Below are positions 12,873 to 25,640 of a stretch of 64,000 nucleotides of DNA, in pieces (the first letter of the stretch is position 1; each line of letters opens with the position of its first letter). A model generated the notes under the pieces. It worked only from the letters and a program-made list of their open reading frames with translations. It did not search any database and was not told where the DNA came from. This DNA is from Mobula hypostoma (Eukaryota). The stretch covers positions 51,338,001 through 51,402,000 of the forward strand of contig NC_086108.1 in assembly GCF_963921235.1 (NCBI RefSeq), given 5' to 3'. The position numbers were made by a program, and so were the translations under genes.

Positions 12873-12899
12873 ACAGGAGGACTTTCCTGGCATATAGGA

Positions 12900-13170
12900 C
12901 GAATAAACTTTTCTTGGGCTTCCTGCCAGGTATATTTATTTAGAAAAAGCATTTGGACATAAGGGCGATGAACTCAGAGCCCTCTGCTCAAAGTCCTGCT
13001 GGTAGAATTGAGCAGTATCTGGCAACAAGGGTGATCTAATGGCCACTCTGTCCATTTGCTCATTGTAGTTCCCCCTTATAGAGGAGGTACATCGATGTAA
13101 AGGTATGATCAAAAAGGTCAATTGTACCCTTTTCAAACCTTGACTGCAGGAGTCCAAGAAGAGTTTATTT
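12900..13170 (-). mobile_element. Decayed Penelope-like RT fragment
   Basis: RGNYNEQMDRVAIRSPLLPDTAQFYQQDFEQRAL resembles the PLE RT motif YEQ.DGVAMGSPLSP..ANFYME.FE..AL. Confidence 0.65.
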
Positions 13171-14029
13171 GTTCCCTTACTTTTATCCATGCTGTTATCC
13201 ATTCTATAGCCCAGCTGTGAAAGAAATGTGAGAAAGCATAGCTCATGGATAAAAAATCAAATCCAGGTAATACATTGTTGTAATTTACACATCCTCGTTT
13301 ACCATTTAATGTTTCTGCTTGTTTAGTATTTGCCCTCTGTAACTGGTGCTTCCTTATTTCAGTATCAAGCATTTCAAAACACTGGAAGATTGGAAGGTCT
13401 GTCTGTCCTCATTTCCTGTCTGGATTTAGCTGCTGGATATTCCACCAGCTAATCACTCCATTCTTCCTTCCTTGCCATGTTGAGTCCAGCCAAGGCTGGT
13501 GTGTTCTTAACTGGGTATGAGTTTCACCACAGGAGAATGATGTATTCAGACTGTCTAATGGATGTAAAACACATTAGTCAGCTGTTGGATTAGGGATCAT
13601 TTTCACAGTTCATAATGAACCTCATGACCTAGCCTGTTCCAGCGGTTAAACTCATAACTCTTTGGTTACTTCTTCCTACTCTAATCTTGACCTTCCTTGT
13701 CCCATCCCACACCATCCGCCATCTTTATTTCTGCTCACAATTCGAGGAAGCCAACAATTAGAAGACAAATAAAAACAAATAAACAGGTAACGTTATCAAG
13801 TATCAGCATACTGGTCAATCACATGCTGTGAACTGGCTGAGTAAGGAAATTCATAACTCTTTCCCTGCAGCAAAGATGTTCTAAGCTTTTTTAAATAACT
13901 ATGCCAAGAACTGCAGAAATTTGTCTCAACTGATATGTATCTGTACATATTTTATCTAGCTGTTAGCTGGCAACTTGCGCCTTTCAACCTTTTCCAAACT
14001 CTTAAACAAAATCAACATTTTGAAACATA

Positions 14030-14219
14030 GCAACACACACAAAATGCTGGTGGAATTCAGCAGGTTAGGCAGCGTCTATGGGAAAAAGTACAGTCAATGT
14101 TTTTGGCCTAAATGTTGACTGTACTTTTTTCCATAGAAGCTGCCTGGCCTGCTGTGTTCTTCTAACATTTTGTGTGTTGCTCAGATTTCCAGCATCTGCA
14201 GACTTCCTCTAGTTTGTAA
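14030..14219. mobile_element. Palindromic Penelope-terminus-derived element with 11-bp TSD
   Basis: 14030-14180 is an imperfect inverted repeat of the PLE terminal sequence seen at 23950-24020; flanked by TTTGAAACATA at 14019-14029 and 14220-14230. Confidence 0.75.
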
Positions 14220-14326
14220 TTTGAAACATAAAGTAACACTGCACCATAACTATGAGAAAATGAAATAATAAATGAATGTTTTAGCTTATTTAAAGATTTG
14301 CTCTTTAGAAATTCTCACCAGAAAAA

Positions 14327-15447
14327 CTGGATGCTAGATTTAAGGACTGGACAGCTAAAGGAATAACAGATATTTGCAATATAATGAAAGAGGGAACACT
14401 GTTCAGTTTTGAAATGCTCAAAGGAAACACATTAGAAAAATAAGACTTTTATCGATATTTACAGATGCGACAGTATGTTAATGGGACAGTTAAAAATGTA
14501 ACCAAGGCAAGTACATGTTTGATAGAGCTACTTAGAAAAGCATATAATTCAGACAACGGTAGTAGAATAATTTCAAGCATGTATAAGGGTTTGTCAAATC
14601 TTAAAACACATTCGACTTCATACATTAAAACAAAATGGGAGAAGGAAGGAGGGATAATAATATCTGAGGAAGAATGGACAATAATATGAAGGTATCAATG
14701 GAAATGTTCCAGTTCACAGAAATGGAGGGAGTTCGGGTGGAAAAACTTGATAAGATATTTTATTACACCCTCTCAGAAATCCCACTATGATAGTAACCTC
14801 CCTGTTTGCTAGAGAAATTGTGGAAATCAAAATGCAAACCATTATCATATTTTCTGGGAATGCCCCGTTATCAAAGACTATTGGGGTGGGATACACAATG
14901 CCCTACAAGACATCTTTAAATGTGAAATATCCTCAGAGAGTAAGACCATATATTTTGGGTATATACCTCAAGAATGGGTGAAAAGAGATAAATATTTAAT
15001 GAATATACTGCTGGCGACTGGTAAAAAGACCCTTACCAGGAAATGGTTATCACAGGAGAGCCCAACTTTAAATGTATGGATGGAAATTACAATGGACATT
15101 TACAAAATGGAGAAGATAACAGCATCTGTTAATCATAAGTTGGAACAATTTGATTCATACTGGGAAAAATGGTTTAACTACATACCTCATAGGCCTGATT
15201 TTATTCTCACAAGTCAATGAATATGTTGTATAAAAAGATCACTCCCTACTTTGTACATAGTTTTCCTCTTTTAATTATTCTTTCTTTCCTCTCCTTTCTA
15301 TAAGTGTATATCTCATATAAATATTATGTGGAGATTTGTGACAAATATGACTATATGATATATAATATATCTACAGTATCTGAAATACATCTTATGGAAA
15401 GTTTTGTTTGATGATGAACTTCAATAAAAAAATAAACTACAAAAAAA
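14327..15447 (+). mobile_element. 5'-truncated L1-clade LINE with 20-bp TSD
   Basis: L1 ORF2 C-terminus (IKTKWEKEGG, C.RNCGNQNANHYHIFWECP zinc knuckle, WEKWFNY); AATAAA plus A-tail; TSD AGAAATTCTCACCAGAAAAA at 14307-14326 and 15448-15467. Confidence 0.92.
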
Positions 15448-18219
15448 AGAAATTCTCACCAGAAAAATCATATAGAATGGAAGGAGAGTCCTTAAGTCCT
15501 TAAGTTCAGTTAAGGGAACCAGATAGTACTTGAAAGGCAAGAATTTGCAGAGCCATCAGGAAAGGACTATTTGGGTTTCTCTTATCCATGGATTGTATGG
15601 CTTTCTTTCACAGTGTAATGTTTATGTGATTCTATGAATCACATAAATTATGTATCCCTAAGAGAATTAACTAAACATCCTGCAGTCACAAAGTAATGAT
15701 GTATTATAAAGTCTCCAAAGAGTCAACATCAGCCTCCTCCACGTCTATGTTGTTCTATTAACATACTTCATTTCACTGCAAGTAAACTGAGATTGTCAGC
15801 AAGGTACTCTGATAATGTTTTGCCTATACTAAGCTACATCAGGGTGCACTCCTGCACCTCTATTCTCAAACGTTTTGCTAGGTATCAAATCCTCATTAAG
15901 ACAACATGCATATCCTTGAGTGGGAGTCGTTGGAATAATGGGCTGGGACAAGCTGAGCTCAGACCATGCCTTGTGATCTCGTGCATGTCACATCCCCGGT
16001 CCTGGTCCTGCAACTTCACCAAACTTTTTAACTATTTGGCTGCAGGGGATCTGAGATCTTGCTTCTGCGGCTATTCTCCATTGCTGACTGGGCTGCAAGT
16101 GACAACTAGGCTTCAGGTTGGTGCCAACTGAAGGTCTCTCCATGGACCACACTGATGGTTTGCTGACAGGTCAGGCCAGCAAAGGTTTAGAAATTGTCAA
16201 TAGATAAACTAGTTTAAAAAAATAATGTCACAAGACAATTAACTGACAAAATAAAATATGAATGATAATAAGGTAAAGAGGAAAAGAAATTGTTTACCTT
16301 TTTAAAGAAGATCAACAGTTCTATTCATGTCACAGTGTGGACCAGATGCACCAGCTACAGTTGGGACAATGATGAGGGGCAAGATAAGAAACTGACACAT
16401 GTCCTTGGGCTTACCAGGAATGGGAATCAGATCTGACCCCAGCACACTCTATAGTGCTGCACTGCAGTGCATAGGTACATGTCCAGACGGTGTAGAATGG
16501 GTTCATGGATTGTAAGGGAGTAAGATGAATGTTGGAGTAGATGAGAAGGCCGCAAACTTTAGAAACATGAGGGGATGCCTGGTTGTGGTGAGGGGAATGA
16601 GTGTTGAAATATGTGGCAGTGAGATTGGATTTTATTATTTTTATGTGGAAGGGAAATAAAGTATGAGATTTCAAGATGTTTGCAGGCATGATATGATATG
16701 AGACAGTTGAGATGATAGATGTCTGATTACATGGCTTCTGAGGAAAAAGGCTACTGGTTGAGTATTTGTAGCTCTGTTTTTCAGTAAATTCACCATTCTG
16801 TTGCCAACTGACACATTTGCTGGCTGCATGAAGATCTTTAATTCTTATCCTGTTCATACCTGCTGCTTGTTTCCTCTGTCTGAATTATGGTAGCAAAACT
16901 TCGACATCAGCATCAGGATCACAAAATGCTTGAATTTCCTCCCCACTTCTGTATGTTTCGTCCACCTCATTTCACTTCTTTCACAATATGTAGAGCAGTC
17001 TTGGGCAAATATCTAAACAAATCAGCATCCATGGATATTGGTATCAAGAGGATTTGCCCCACACGCCAGGAATGCAGGAATTTCATGGCCTAAGGATCCA
17101 AACAAAACATCATCCAAACTAAATAGTAAAAATCCAAATGTTTATTTTCATAACAGTCTTTGCAAGTTTGTAAGGAATCGTGAACTTACACATATTATTC
17201 CATAACACAGAGTTATTTCCATTAATTGCAATACTTTTTCTTCATTATCCTGACAATTCTCAAACAATAGGAATACTTTCACACTTTAGAACGGATGAAG
17301 AATTTTTAACAGGATAAATATACACACTATTCAATACAGACAAGCATAGTAATGAATCAAATTAATGGTCCTGAAAATAACTATAAATTGAATGAAAAAA
17401 ACAAGTGACACTGTAGGATATATATTTTGATGGCACGCATTATATACAATGATTTTGTTACTCAGCATGAGTAAAAGTGTGATCCTCAACACTGACAACT
17501 TTCTTAAGCATAAACTTCATGAATTCCCTCAAAAGGTACAGAATAAAAGAAGCAAAATACAATTGAAAAAGAGGGAGGTTTTCAATAAAATTTTTCTTTA
17601 ACTGAGAAATCTAGTGTGGTTTCAAATAACTCCACATGACATAATCTCAAGTGACCAGCAGTTCTATTATTGACTGCTGACAAATACTCCATCCTGATAT
17701 GTGAAATGTGTCAAATTACCACATGAAATTAAAGAAGGAAAAATATACGAAGGTACTGAAAAATGATTGCATAACTTCACTGGCAAGATCAAATAAAAGT
17801 AAATTCCAAGTTAACTGCACTCCAGTCTATCCTTACACATTCTCTTTCAAATTTTGACTCCAACTTTTTCTTTGTAACTCTATATCACTGCAACTTCATC
17901 TTTCAAATGTTACCTCAATACAGTCATAATGATTGCCAAAAATAATCTGTCCCACATACAGTAAAGTCACCAATACAGATAAAGTTGATCAATGCCACAT
18001 CAGCTGCATTCTTGCTTATCTCTCCTATGCAAATGGAAATCTGATTGATTCTGGTGCTGTATTTGCTTAAAAAAGTCAAAGATATTCCTAACTGCAGTGG
18101 TCATTCAACTTCAAATTCAATGCTATCTCAATCCCACCATTCTTGCAACTGTGCAATATCTGGCTATAGAAACATACTCTGAGTACATTGAGAGGAAATA
18201 GAGCTTCCCATATTCCTGG

Positions 18220-18741
18220 AATAGCAATGGCAAGAACAACATTTACAGAAATGAGAAACATCCTAACGAACAAGAAAATAGCAATTGACATCCGCCTTAG
18301 AACTCTCAGCTGCTACATTCTTCCTATCTTGATGTATGGCTGCGAGTCGTGGACCATCACAAATGCAATGGAAAAAAGAATCAATGCAGCAGAGATGTAC
18401 TTCCTCAGAAGAATGCTATGCATATCATATACGGACAGGATAACCAACAAAGAAGTTCTACAGAGAATAAAAACAAAACGTATATTACTTAAAAAAATCA
18501 GAAAACAGCTATCAAAATTCTTTGGACATATCATGCGAAGAGAGACATTAGAACATTTAGTTACAACTGGAAAGCTGGAAAGAAAAAGAAGCAGAGGCAG
18601 ACAGAGAATGAAAATAAAAGATGGAATAACATCATGGTTAGAAACAGGGGAGGCAACAACTACAATTCGGAGGGTCAGGAATCCTGATGGATGGAGAGAC
18701 ATGATCGCCCACGCCAAACGGCAAGGCACCTGAATGAAATG
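18220..18741 (+). mobile_element. 5'-truncated RTE LINE with 10-bp TSD
   Basis: Open RTE C-terminus (CYILPILMYGCESWT, FFGHIMRRETLE, GKLERKRSRGRQR); TGAA-type tail; TSD ATATTCCTGG at 18210-18219 and 18742-18751. Confidence 0.9.
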
Positions 18742-21700
18742 ATATTCCTGGTCCTCATTTAGAAAGGCAGAGACTTGATGGAAAGCCAGCAGGAAAAGTA
18801 GAAAATCATTTGGAAACTCAACAAATATATTTTGAGGAAGAAAACAAGGGAAACTGGTCTCTAGTCTAGTCTGTCATCCAGTTTAAAACAAGTATCACAT
18901 TTTACACCAAAGGAACATGAACAATGGTGGGACACTTTGGTACGACCAACTGAATTTCCAGAGAAGTTTTTCCCACCAACCTCTGAGGGAGCAATTTTTA
19001 ACTTGGCAGATGATCTTCCACCAAATATAAACCAGTCAAGTTAGACTACACTGTTACACATGGTAATTCCCAGCATATATAGTCCCAGTGTGTCTCATAT
19101 TTTCTGGCTATGGAACTATTCCTGGAAATGCGGATCTTATGTGTGAGAATCTGGGAAATATAATGGTCCATGATCACACCAATGGCCAGGTTAATACTTT
19201 ACCACATATGAATTTCTGAGTGGACTTTATTGCAAAAGAAAGTCAACTGATGAAGGGATGGATTTAAATGTCTTAATATCTCCATATTGTCCCTGAAGTA
19301 TTGCATTTGGAACAAAACATAATATTCTCGTGTGACAGTCAGTATTTTATAAAGTCACGTCAAACTTCCTTGGTCCCATATAAGGCAGCTTTTCAAGCAG
19401 CCCGGATATATTCATTAACTAAGCACATAAAGATTTATTTTCCTATAATGCTTTAATAATTGCACTTTCTAGTTTATGTTGTCAAATTTCATTCTTCCTA
19501 TCACAATATAGCATGTCATATTAGTCTGCATTAAATTTTACTTGCCATTTATCTGTCCATTTTACGAGCTTAGCAGAGCAGAGCTGAAGTTTCTACATCC
19601 CTGAGAATCAACAATTTAAGACATATAGCACTTCCTCACATTTTGCTAAAAGTACAAAGCTATAGATTTGACTTTGATTTTCAGCAAATTGAGGGAAATG
19701 GAGTCAATCCAGAAATTCAATATTTTTTTTTGATCTAGTTATTTGTAGATCATTAGCTGATGAATATTCGTTGCATTATATCATTCAGAGATATAACCAT
19801 ATAACCATATAACAATTACAGCACAGAAGCAGGCCATCTCGGCCCTTCTAGTCTGTGTCGAACGTTTACTCTCACATAGTCCCACCAACCTGCACTCAGC
19901 CCATAGCCCTCCATTACTTTCCTGTCCATATAGCTATCCAATTTTACTTTAAATGACAATATCAAACCTGCTTCAACCACTTCTGCTGGAAGCTCGTTCC
20001 ACACAGCTACCACTCTCTGAGTAAAGAAGTTCCCCCTCATATTACCCCTAAAGTTTTGCCCTTTAACTCCCAACTCATGTCCTCTTGTTTGAATCTCCTC
20101 CACTCTCAATGGAAAAAGCCTATCCACGTCAACTCTATCTATCCCCCTCATAATTTAAAATACCTCTATCAAGTCCCCCCTTCAACCTTCTATGCTCCAA
20201 GAATAAAGATCCAATTTGTTCAACCTTTCTCTATAACTTAGGTGATGAAACCCAGGTAACATTCTAGTAAATCTTCTCTGTACTCTCTCTATTTTGTTGA
20301 CACCTTTCCTATAATTTGGTCTCCAGAACTGTACACAATACTCCAAATCTGGCCTTGTACAATTTTAACATTACATACCAACTCCTATACTCAATGCTCT
20401 GATTTATAAAGGCCAGCATACCAAAAGCTTTCTTCACCACCCTATCCACATGAGATTCCACCTTCAGGGAACTATGCACCATTATTCCCAGATCCCTCTG
20501 TTCTACTGCATTCTTCAATGCCCTACCATTTACCATGTATGTCCTATTTTGATTAGTCCTACCAAAATGTAGCACCTCACATTTATCAGCATTAAACTCC
20601 ATCTGCCATCTTTCAGCCCACTCTTCTACTGGCCTTAATCTCTCTGCAAGCTTTGAAAACCTACATCATTATCCACAATTCCACCAATCTTAGTATCATC
20701 TGCATACTTACTAATCTAATTTACCACCACATCATCCAGATCATTAATGTATATGATTGGACCCAGTACAGATCTCTGAGGCACACCACTAGTCACCGGC
20801 CTCCAATCTGACAAACAGTTATCCACCACTACTCTCTGGAGTCTCCCATCCAGCCACTGCTGAATCTATTTTACTATCTAACGATTGAACCCTCCTAACT
20901 AACCTTCCGTGTGTAAACTTGTCAAAGGCCTTACTGAGGTCCATATAGACAACATCCACTGCTTACCCTCATCAACTTTCCTAGTAACCTCTTCAAAAAA
21001 TTCAATAAGATTTGTCAGACATGATCCGCGCACAAATCCATGTTGACTGTTCCTAATCAGACCCTGTCTATCCAGATAATTATATATACCATCTCTAAGA
21101 ATACTTTCCATCAATTTACCCACTACTGACGTCAAACTCACAGGCCGATAATTGTTAGGTTTACTCTTAGAACCCTTTTTAAACAATGGAACAACATGAG
21201 CAATACGCCAATCCTCCAGCACTATCCCCGTTTCTAATGACATTTGAAATATTTCTGTCAGAGCCCCTGCTATTTCCACACTACCTTCCCTCAAGGTCCT
21301 AGGGAATATCCTGTCAGGACCCGGAGACTTATCCACTTTTATATTCCTTAAAAGCGCCAGTACTTGCTCTTCTTTAATCATCATAGTTTCCATAACTTCC
21401 CTATCTGTTTCCCTTACCTTACACAATTCAATATCCTCCTCCTCAGTGAATACCGAAGAAAAGAAATTGTTTAAAATCTCCCCCATCTCTTTTGGCTCCA
21501 CACATGGCTGTCCACTCTGATTCTCTAAGGGACAAGTTTTATCCCTCACTATCCTTTTGCTATTAATATAAACCCTTTGGATTTATTTTCACCTTACTTG
21601 CCAAAGCAACCTCGTATCTTCTTTTAGCTTTTCTAATTTCTTTCTTAAGATTCTTTTTACATTCTTTATATTCCTTGAGCACCTCATTTACTCCATGCTG

Positions 21701-23010
21701 TCTATATTTATTGTAGATCGCTCTCTTTTTCCGAGTCAAGTTTCCAATATCCCTTGAAAACCATGGCTCTCTCAAACTTTTAACCTTTCCTTTCAACCTA
21801 ACAGGAACGTACAGATTCTGTACCCTCAAAATTTCACCTTTAAATGACCTCCATTTCTCTATTACATCCTTCCCATAAAACAAATTGTCCCAATCCACTC
21901 CTTCTAAATCCTTTCACATCTCCTTAAAGTTAGCTTTTCTCCAATCAAAAATCTCAACCCTGGGTCCAGACCTATCCTTCTCCATAATTATATTAAAACT
22001 AATGGCATTGTGATCACTGGACCCGAAGTGCTCCCCAACACAAACCTCCATCACCTGACCTATCTCATTCCCTAACAGGAGATCCAACACTGCCCCTTCT
22101 CTAATTAGTACCTCTATGTATTGCTGCAAAAAACTATCCTGCACACATTTTACAAACTCCAAACCATCCAGCCCTTTTACAGTCTGAGCTTACCAGTCTA
22201 TGTGCGGAAAATTAAAATCTCCCACAATCACAACCTTGAGCTTACTACAAATATCTGCTATCTCCTTACAAATTTGTTCCTCAAATTCTCGCTCCCCATT
22301 TGGTGGTCTATAATATACCCCCATAAGTGTTATTACACCTTTCCCATTCCTCAATTCCACCCAAATAGCCTCCCTAGACGAGCCCTCTGACCTATCCTGC
22401 CAGAGCACCGCTGTAATATTTTCTCTGACAAGCAATGCAACACCTCCCCCTCTTGTCCCTCCGATTCTATCACACCTGAAGCAATGAAATCTAGGAATAT
22501 TTAGTTGCCAATCACACCCCTCCTGCAACCATGTTTCACTAATAGCTACAACACCATACTTCCAGGTATCAATCCATGCTCTAAGCTCATCCACCTTTCT
22601 TACAATGCTCCATGCATTGAAATATATGCATTTAAGAAATTTCCCACCTCTTTCTCTCTGTTTATTATTAACTGTGCAAACAACTTTTACTATATCCTTT
22701 TTCTTCCTTCTCCCCTACATCTGATCCTACACTTTGGTTCCCCTCCCCCCTTGTATCTAATTTATATCCACTGGAGCCTCTCTAGCAAACTTACCTGCAA
22801 GAATATTTGTCCCCCTCCAGTTCAGATGTAAACCGTCCTGCCGGAACAGGTCCCACCTTCCCTGGAAAACTGCCCAATTGTCTATAAATCTGAAGCCCAA
22901 CCTCCTGCACCATGTCTTCAGCCACGTGTTAATCTGCGTTATCTTACTATTTCTAAACCCGCCTGCACGTGGCACTGGTAGGAATCCTGAGATTGTTATC
23001 CTGGAGGTCC

Positions 23011-24020
23011 CGGCACCCCACTAAAAATAAGGTTCCCCTTGTCCTCACCTACCACCCAACCAGCTTCCTGGTCCAACATATAATTCTCCGTAACTTCCAC
23101 CACTTCCAACGGGATCCCACCACTAAGCACATCTTTCCCTTCTCCCCCCCCCCCGCTTTCCGCAGGGATCGCTCCCTACATGACTCCCTTGTCCATCTGT
23201 TGGCCCCCCCCCCCGTCCCTCCCCACTGATCTCCCTCCTGGCACTTATCCTTGTAAGTGGAACAATTGCTACACATGCCCTTACACTTCCTCCCTCACTA
23301 CCATTCAGGGCCCCAGACAGTCCTTCCAGGTGAGGTGACACTTCACCTGTGAGTCGGCTGGGGTGACATACTGCGTCCGGTGTTCCTGATGCGGCCTTCT
23401 ATATATTGGCGAGACCTGACACAGACTGGGAGATTGTTTCGCTGAACACCTACGCTCTGTCCGCCAGAGAAAGCAGGATCTCCCAGTGGCCACATATTTT
23501 AATTCCACGTCCCATTCCCATTCTGATATGTCTATTCACGGCCTCCTCTACTGTAAAGATGAAGCCACACTCAGGTTGGAGGAACAACACCTTTTACTCC
23601 ATCTGGGTAGCCTCCAACCTGATGGCATGAACATTGACTTCTCAAACTTCCGCTAATGCCCCACCTCCCCCTTGTATCCTTTCAGTTATTTATTTATATA
23701 CACACATTCTTTTTCTTTCTCTCCTTTTTCTCCCTCTGTCCCTCTCATTATACCCCTTGCTCATCCTCTGGGTTTCCCCCCCACCCCCTTTTCTTTCTCC
23801 CGAGGCCTCCTGTCCCATGATCCTCTCATATCCCTTTTGCCAATCAACTGTCCAGCTCTTGGCTCCATCCCTCCCCCTCCCCCTTCCACTTTCAAATCTC
23901 TTACTAGCTCTTCTTTCAATTAGTCCTGACAAAGGGTTTCGGCCCGAAACGTCGACTGTACCTCTTCCTATAGATGCTGCCTGGCCTGCTGTGTTCACCA
24001 GCAACGTTTATGTGTGTTGC
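23011..24020 (+). mobile_element. Penelope-like element 3' part (GIY-YIG endonuclease plus terminal repeat) inserted in CR1 ORF1
   Basis: VPLVLTYHP, FRRDRSLHDSLV, YCVRCS.CGLLYIGET..RLGDCFAEH, QPDGMNIDF; host CR1 rejoins as ggaggtcc|tgtcttttaac. Confidence 0.92.
23921..23958 (+). ncRNA. Minimal hammerhead-ribozyme motif (one core substitution)
   Basis: TAGTC-CTGACAA-AGGGTTTCGGCCC-GAAA-CGTC-GACTG: stem I TAGTC/GACTG, stem II GGG/CCC, CUGAnGA box mutated to CTGACAA. Confidence 0.65.
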
Positions 24021-25009
24021 CTGTCTTTTAACTTGGCGCCTAACTCCCTAAACTCACCTTTCAGGACCTCCTCACTCTTCCTACCCACGTCATTGGTCCC
24101 TACATGGACCACGACATCTGGCTGCTCACCCTCCCTCTTGAGGATACTGAGAACTCGATCCGAGATATCGCGGACCTTGGCACCAGGGAGACAACACACC
24201 ATCCGGGATTCTTGTTCTCTTCCACAGAACCTCTTATCTGTCCCCCTAACTATTGAATCCCCTCTCACTACTGCTCTCCTCTTTTCCCTCCTTCCCTTCT
24301 GAGCTGAGGGTCCCGTCTCAGTGCCAGAGAAGCAACCACTGCAACTTGTCCCTGGTAGGTCTCTCTCATCAACAGTATCCAAAACGATGTACTTATTATT
24401 GGTGGGAACAGCCACAGGGGTGCTCTGCTCATTCTGTCTGTTCCCCTTCCCTCTCCAGACAGTCACCCAGCTACGTGTCTCCTGACTCTTAGGGGTGACT
24501 ATCTCCCTGTAACTCCCATGTATTTCTGCCTCTGCCTCCCGAATGATCCGAAGTTCATCCAGCTCCAGCTCCAGTTCCCTAACTCGGTTTGTCAGGAGCT
24601 GCAGCTGGATGCACCTTTTACAGGTGTAGTCATCAGGGACAATTGTGCTAGCCCTGACTTCCCACATACTGCAAACGGAGCACTCAACTGCCCTAACTGA
24701 TGCCTCCATTACCTACTCTTAAGGTAATTAAATTAATTTAAGGAACTTACCTGGCCTTACCTCACTTGGAGTGAAGCTGGTCCTCAGCCTCTGCTCGCTG
24801 AAGCCTCTCGAGCCAAAGCCTTCCTACTCAGTCTCCCTCTACTCCGTCGCCCGCTCCATTAATCTGCTCACTTTTAAACACCCCTGCTGCCTCATGGTTC
24901 AACTTACACATGCTTGCGCAGTCGTGCCCCGTTCAACTGCCAAAGATGTTGCACTTCAAAGCCTGATTAACTCCAGAGTGGCTGGAGAAAACAAAAACTA
25001 AAATTGGCT

Positions 25010-25640
25010 CAAACAAAGGAGACAGAGGAGACTACAGATGCTGGAATCTGGAGCAACGCAAAAAAAAACACTGTGGGAATTCAACAGGACAAGCGGCATA
25101 TATGGAGGGAAATTAACATCTGGGCTTTTCATATCAAGATCCTTCTTCTGGACTGAAAGATGGAGGGGAAATAGTTGGGTTAAAATGACAAAGTTGGAGG
25201 AGCAAGAAATAGAAGTCTCTAGGTGGAACCAATTGAGAAAAGGTGATAGACAGAAAGGGTAGGGGAGAATGGGAATAGTGATAGTAGCTGGAAGATGATT
25301 GGTCGAAGTGACAAAGGCTGAAGGTGAAGGAATTCGATTAGAGAGGGAGGTGGAGCATGGAATCAAGGGAGGAGAGTTGGAGGGTCAGATGAGTGTTGTT
25401 GGGGAAGGGAATGATTGGGAATATTGTGACATGCAGATAGGGACGGTGGAGAGAGGGAAAGAAAAAGGGCGATGGGGGGCAGGTCTAGTAGATCAAGAGG
25501 AGAGAGAAAAGGGACAGAGGGAGATAAAGAATTCAACATCAGTGCCACTGGGTTCTAGGTTACCCAGGCGGAATATGAGGTACTGTTCCTCTAGTTTGAG
25601 TTTATCTTCATCTTAACAATAGAGGAAGCTAACAACAGAC
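25010..25640 (-). mobile_element. Decayed Penelope-like terminal region
   Basis: gactacagatgctggaatctggagcaac... and purine-rich tract, resembling the reverse complement of PLE 3' ends; degenerate EQYLIFRLGNLEP motif. Confidence 0.6.

Larger units (their letters stand above)
19790..24950 (-). mobile_element. Near full-length CR1 LINE (5' UTR, ORF1 zinc finger/coiled coil/SGNH esterase, ORF2 endonuclease-RT), interrupted by Penelope
   Basis: ORF1 from 24709: CSVCSMWE..CKRC, GDSIVRG, HVGTND, then QDGLHLN after the insertion; ORF2 VAISETWL, GDFNFP, SDHN, KSPGPD, KYADDT; (TTATATGG)n tail; frameshifts present. Confidence 0.95.

Noticed and set aside
16411..16857. 148-aa minus ORF in unique sequence, with a GTAAGC donor at its end
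   Set aside because: No recognisable motif, atypical composition; the neighbouring candidate exon (about 16298-16354) has stops in all three frames
23634..24302. 222-aa plus ORF, and the similar 175-aa ORF at 50380-50907
   Set aside because: Runs through the pyrimidine-rich Penelope terminal repeat and antisense CR1; low-complexity artefact
24008..24709. Host SGNH/GDSL esterase gene
   Set aside because: It is CR1 ORF1, contiguous with ORF2 once the Penelope insertion is removed
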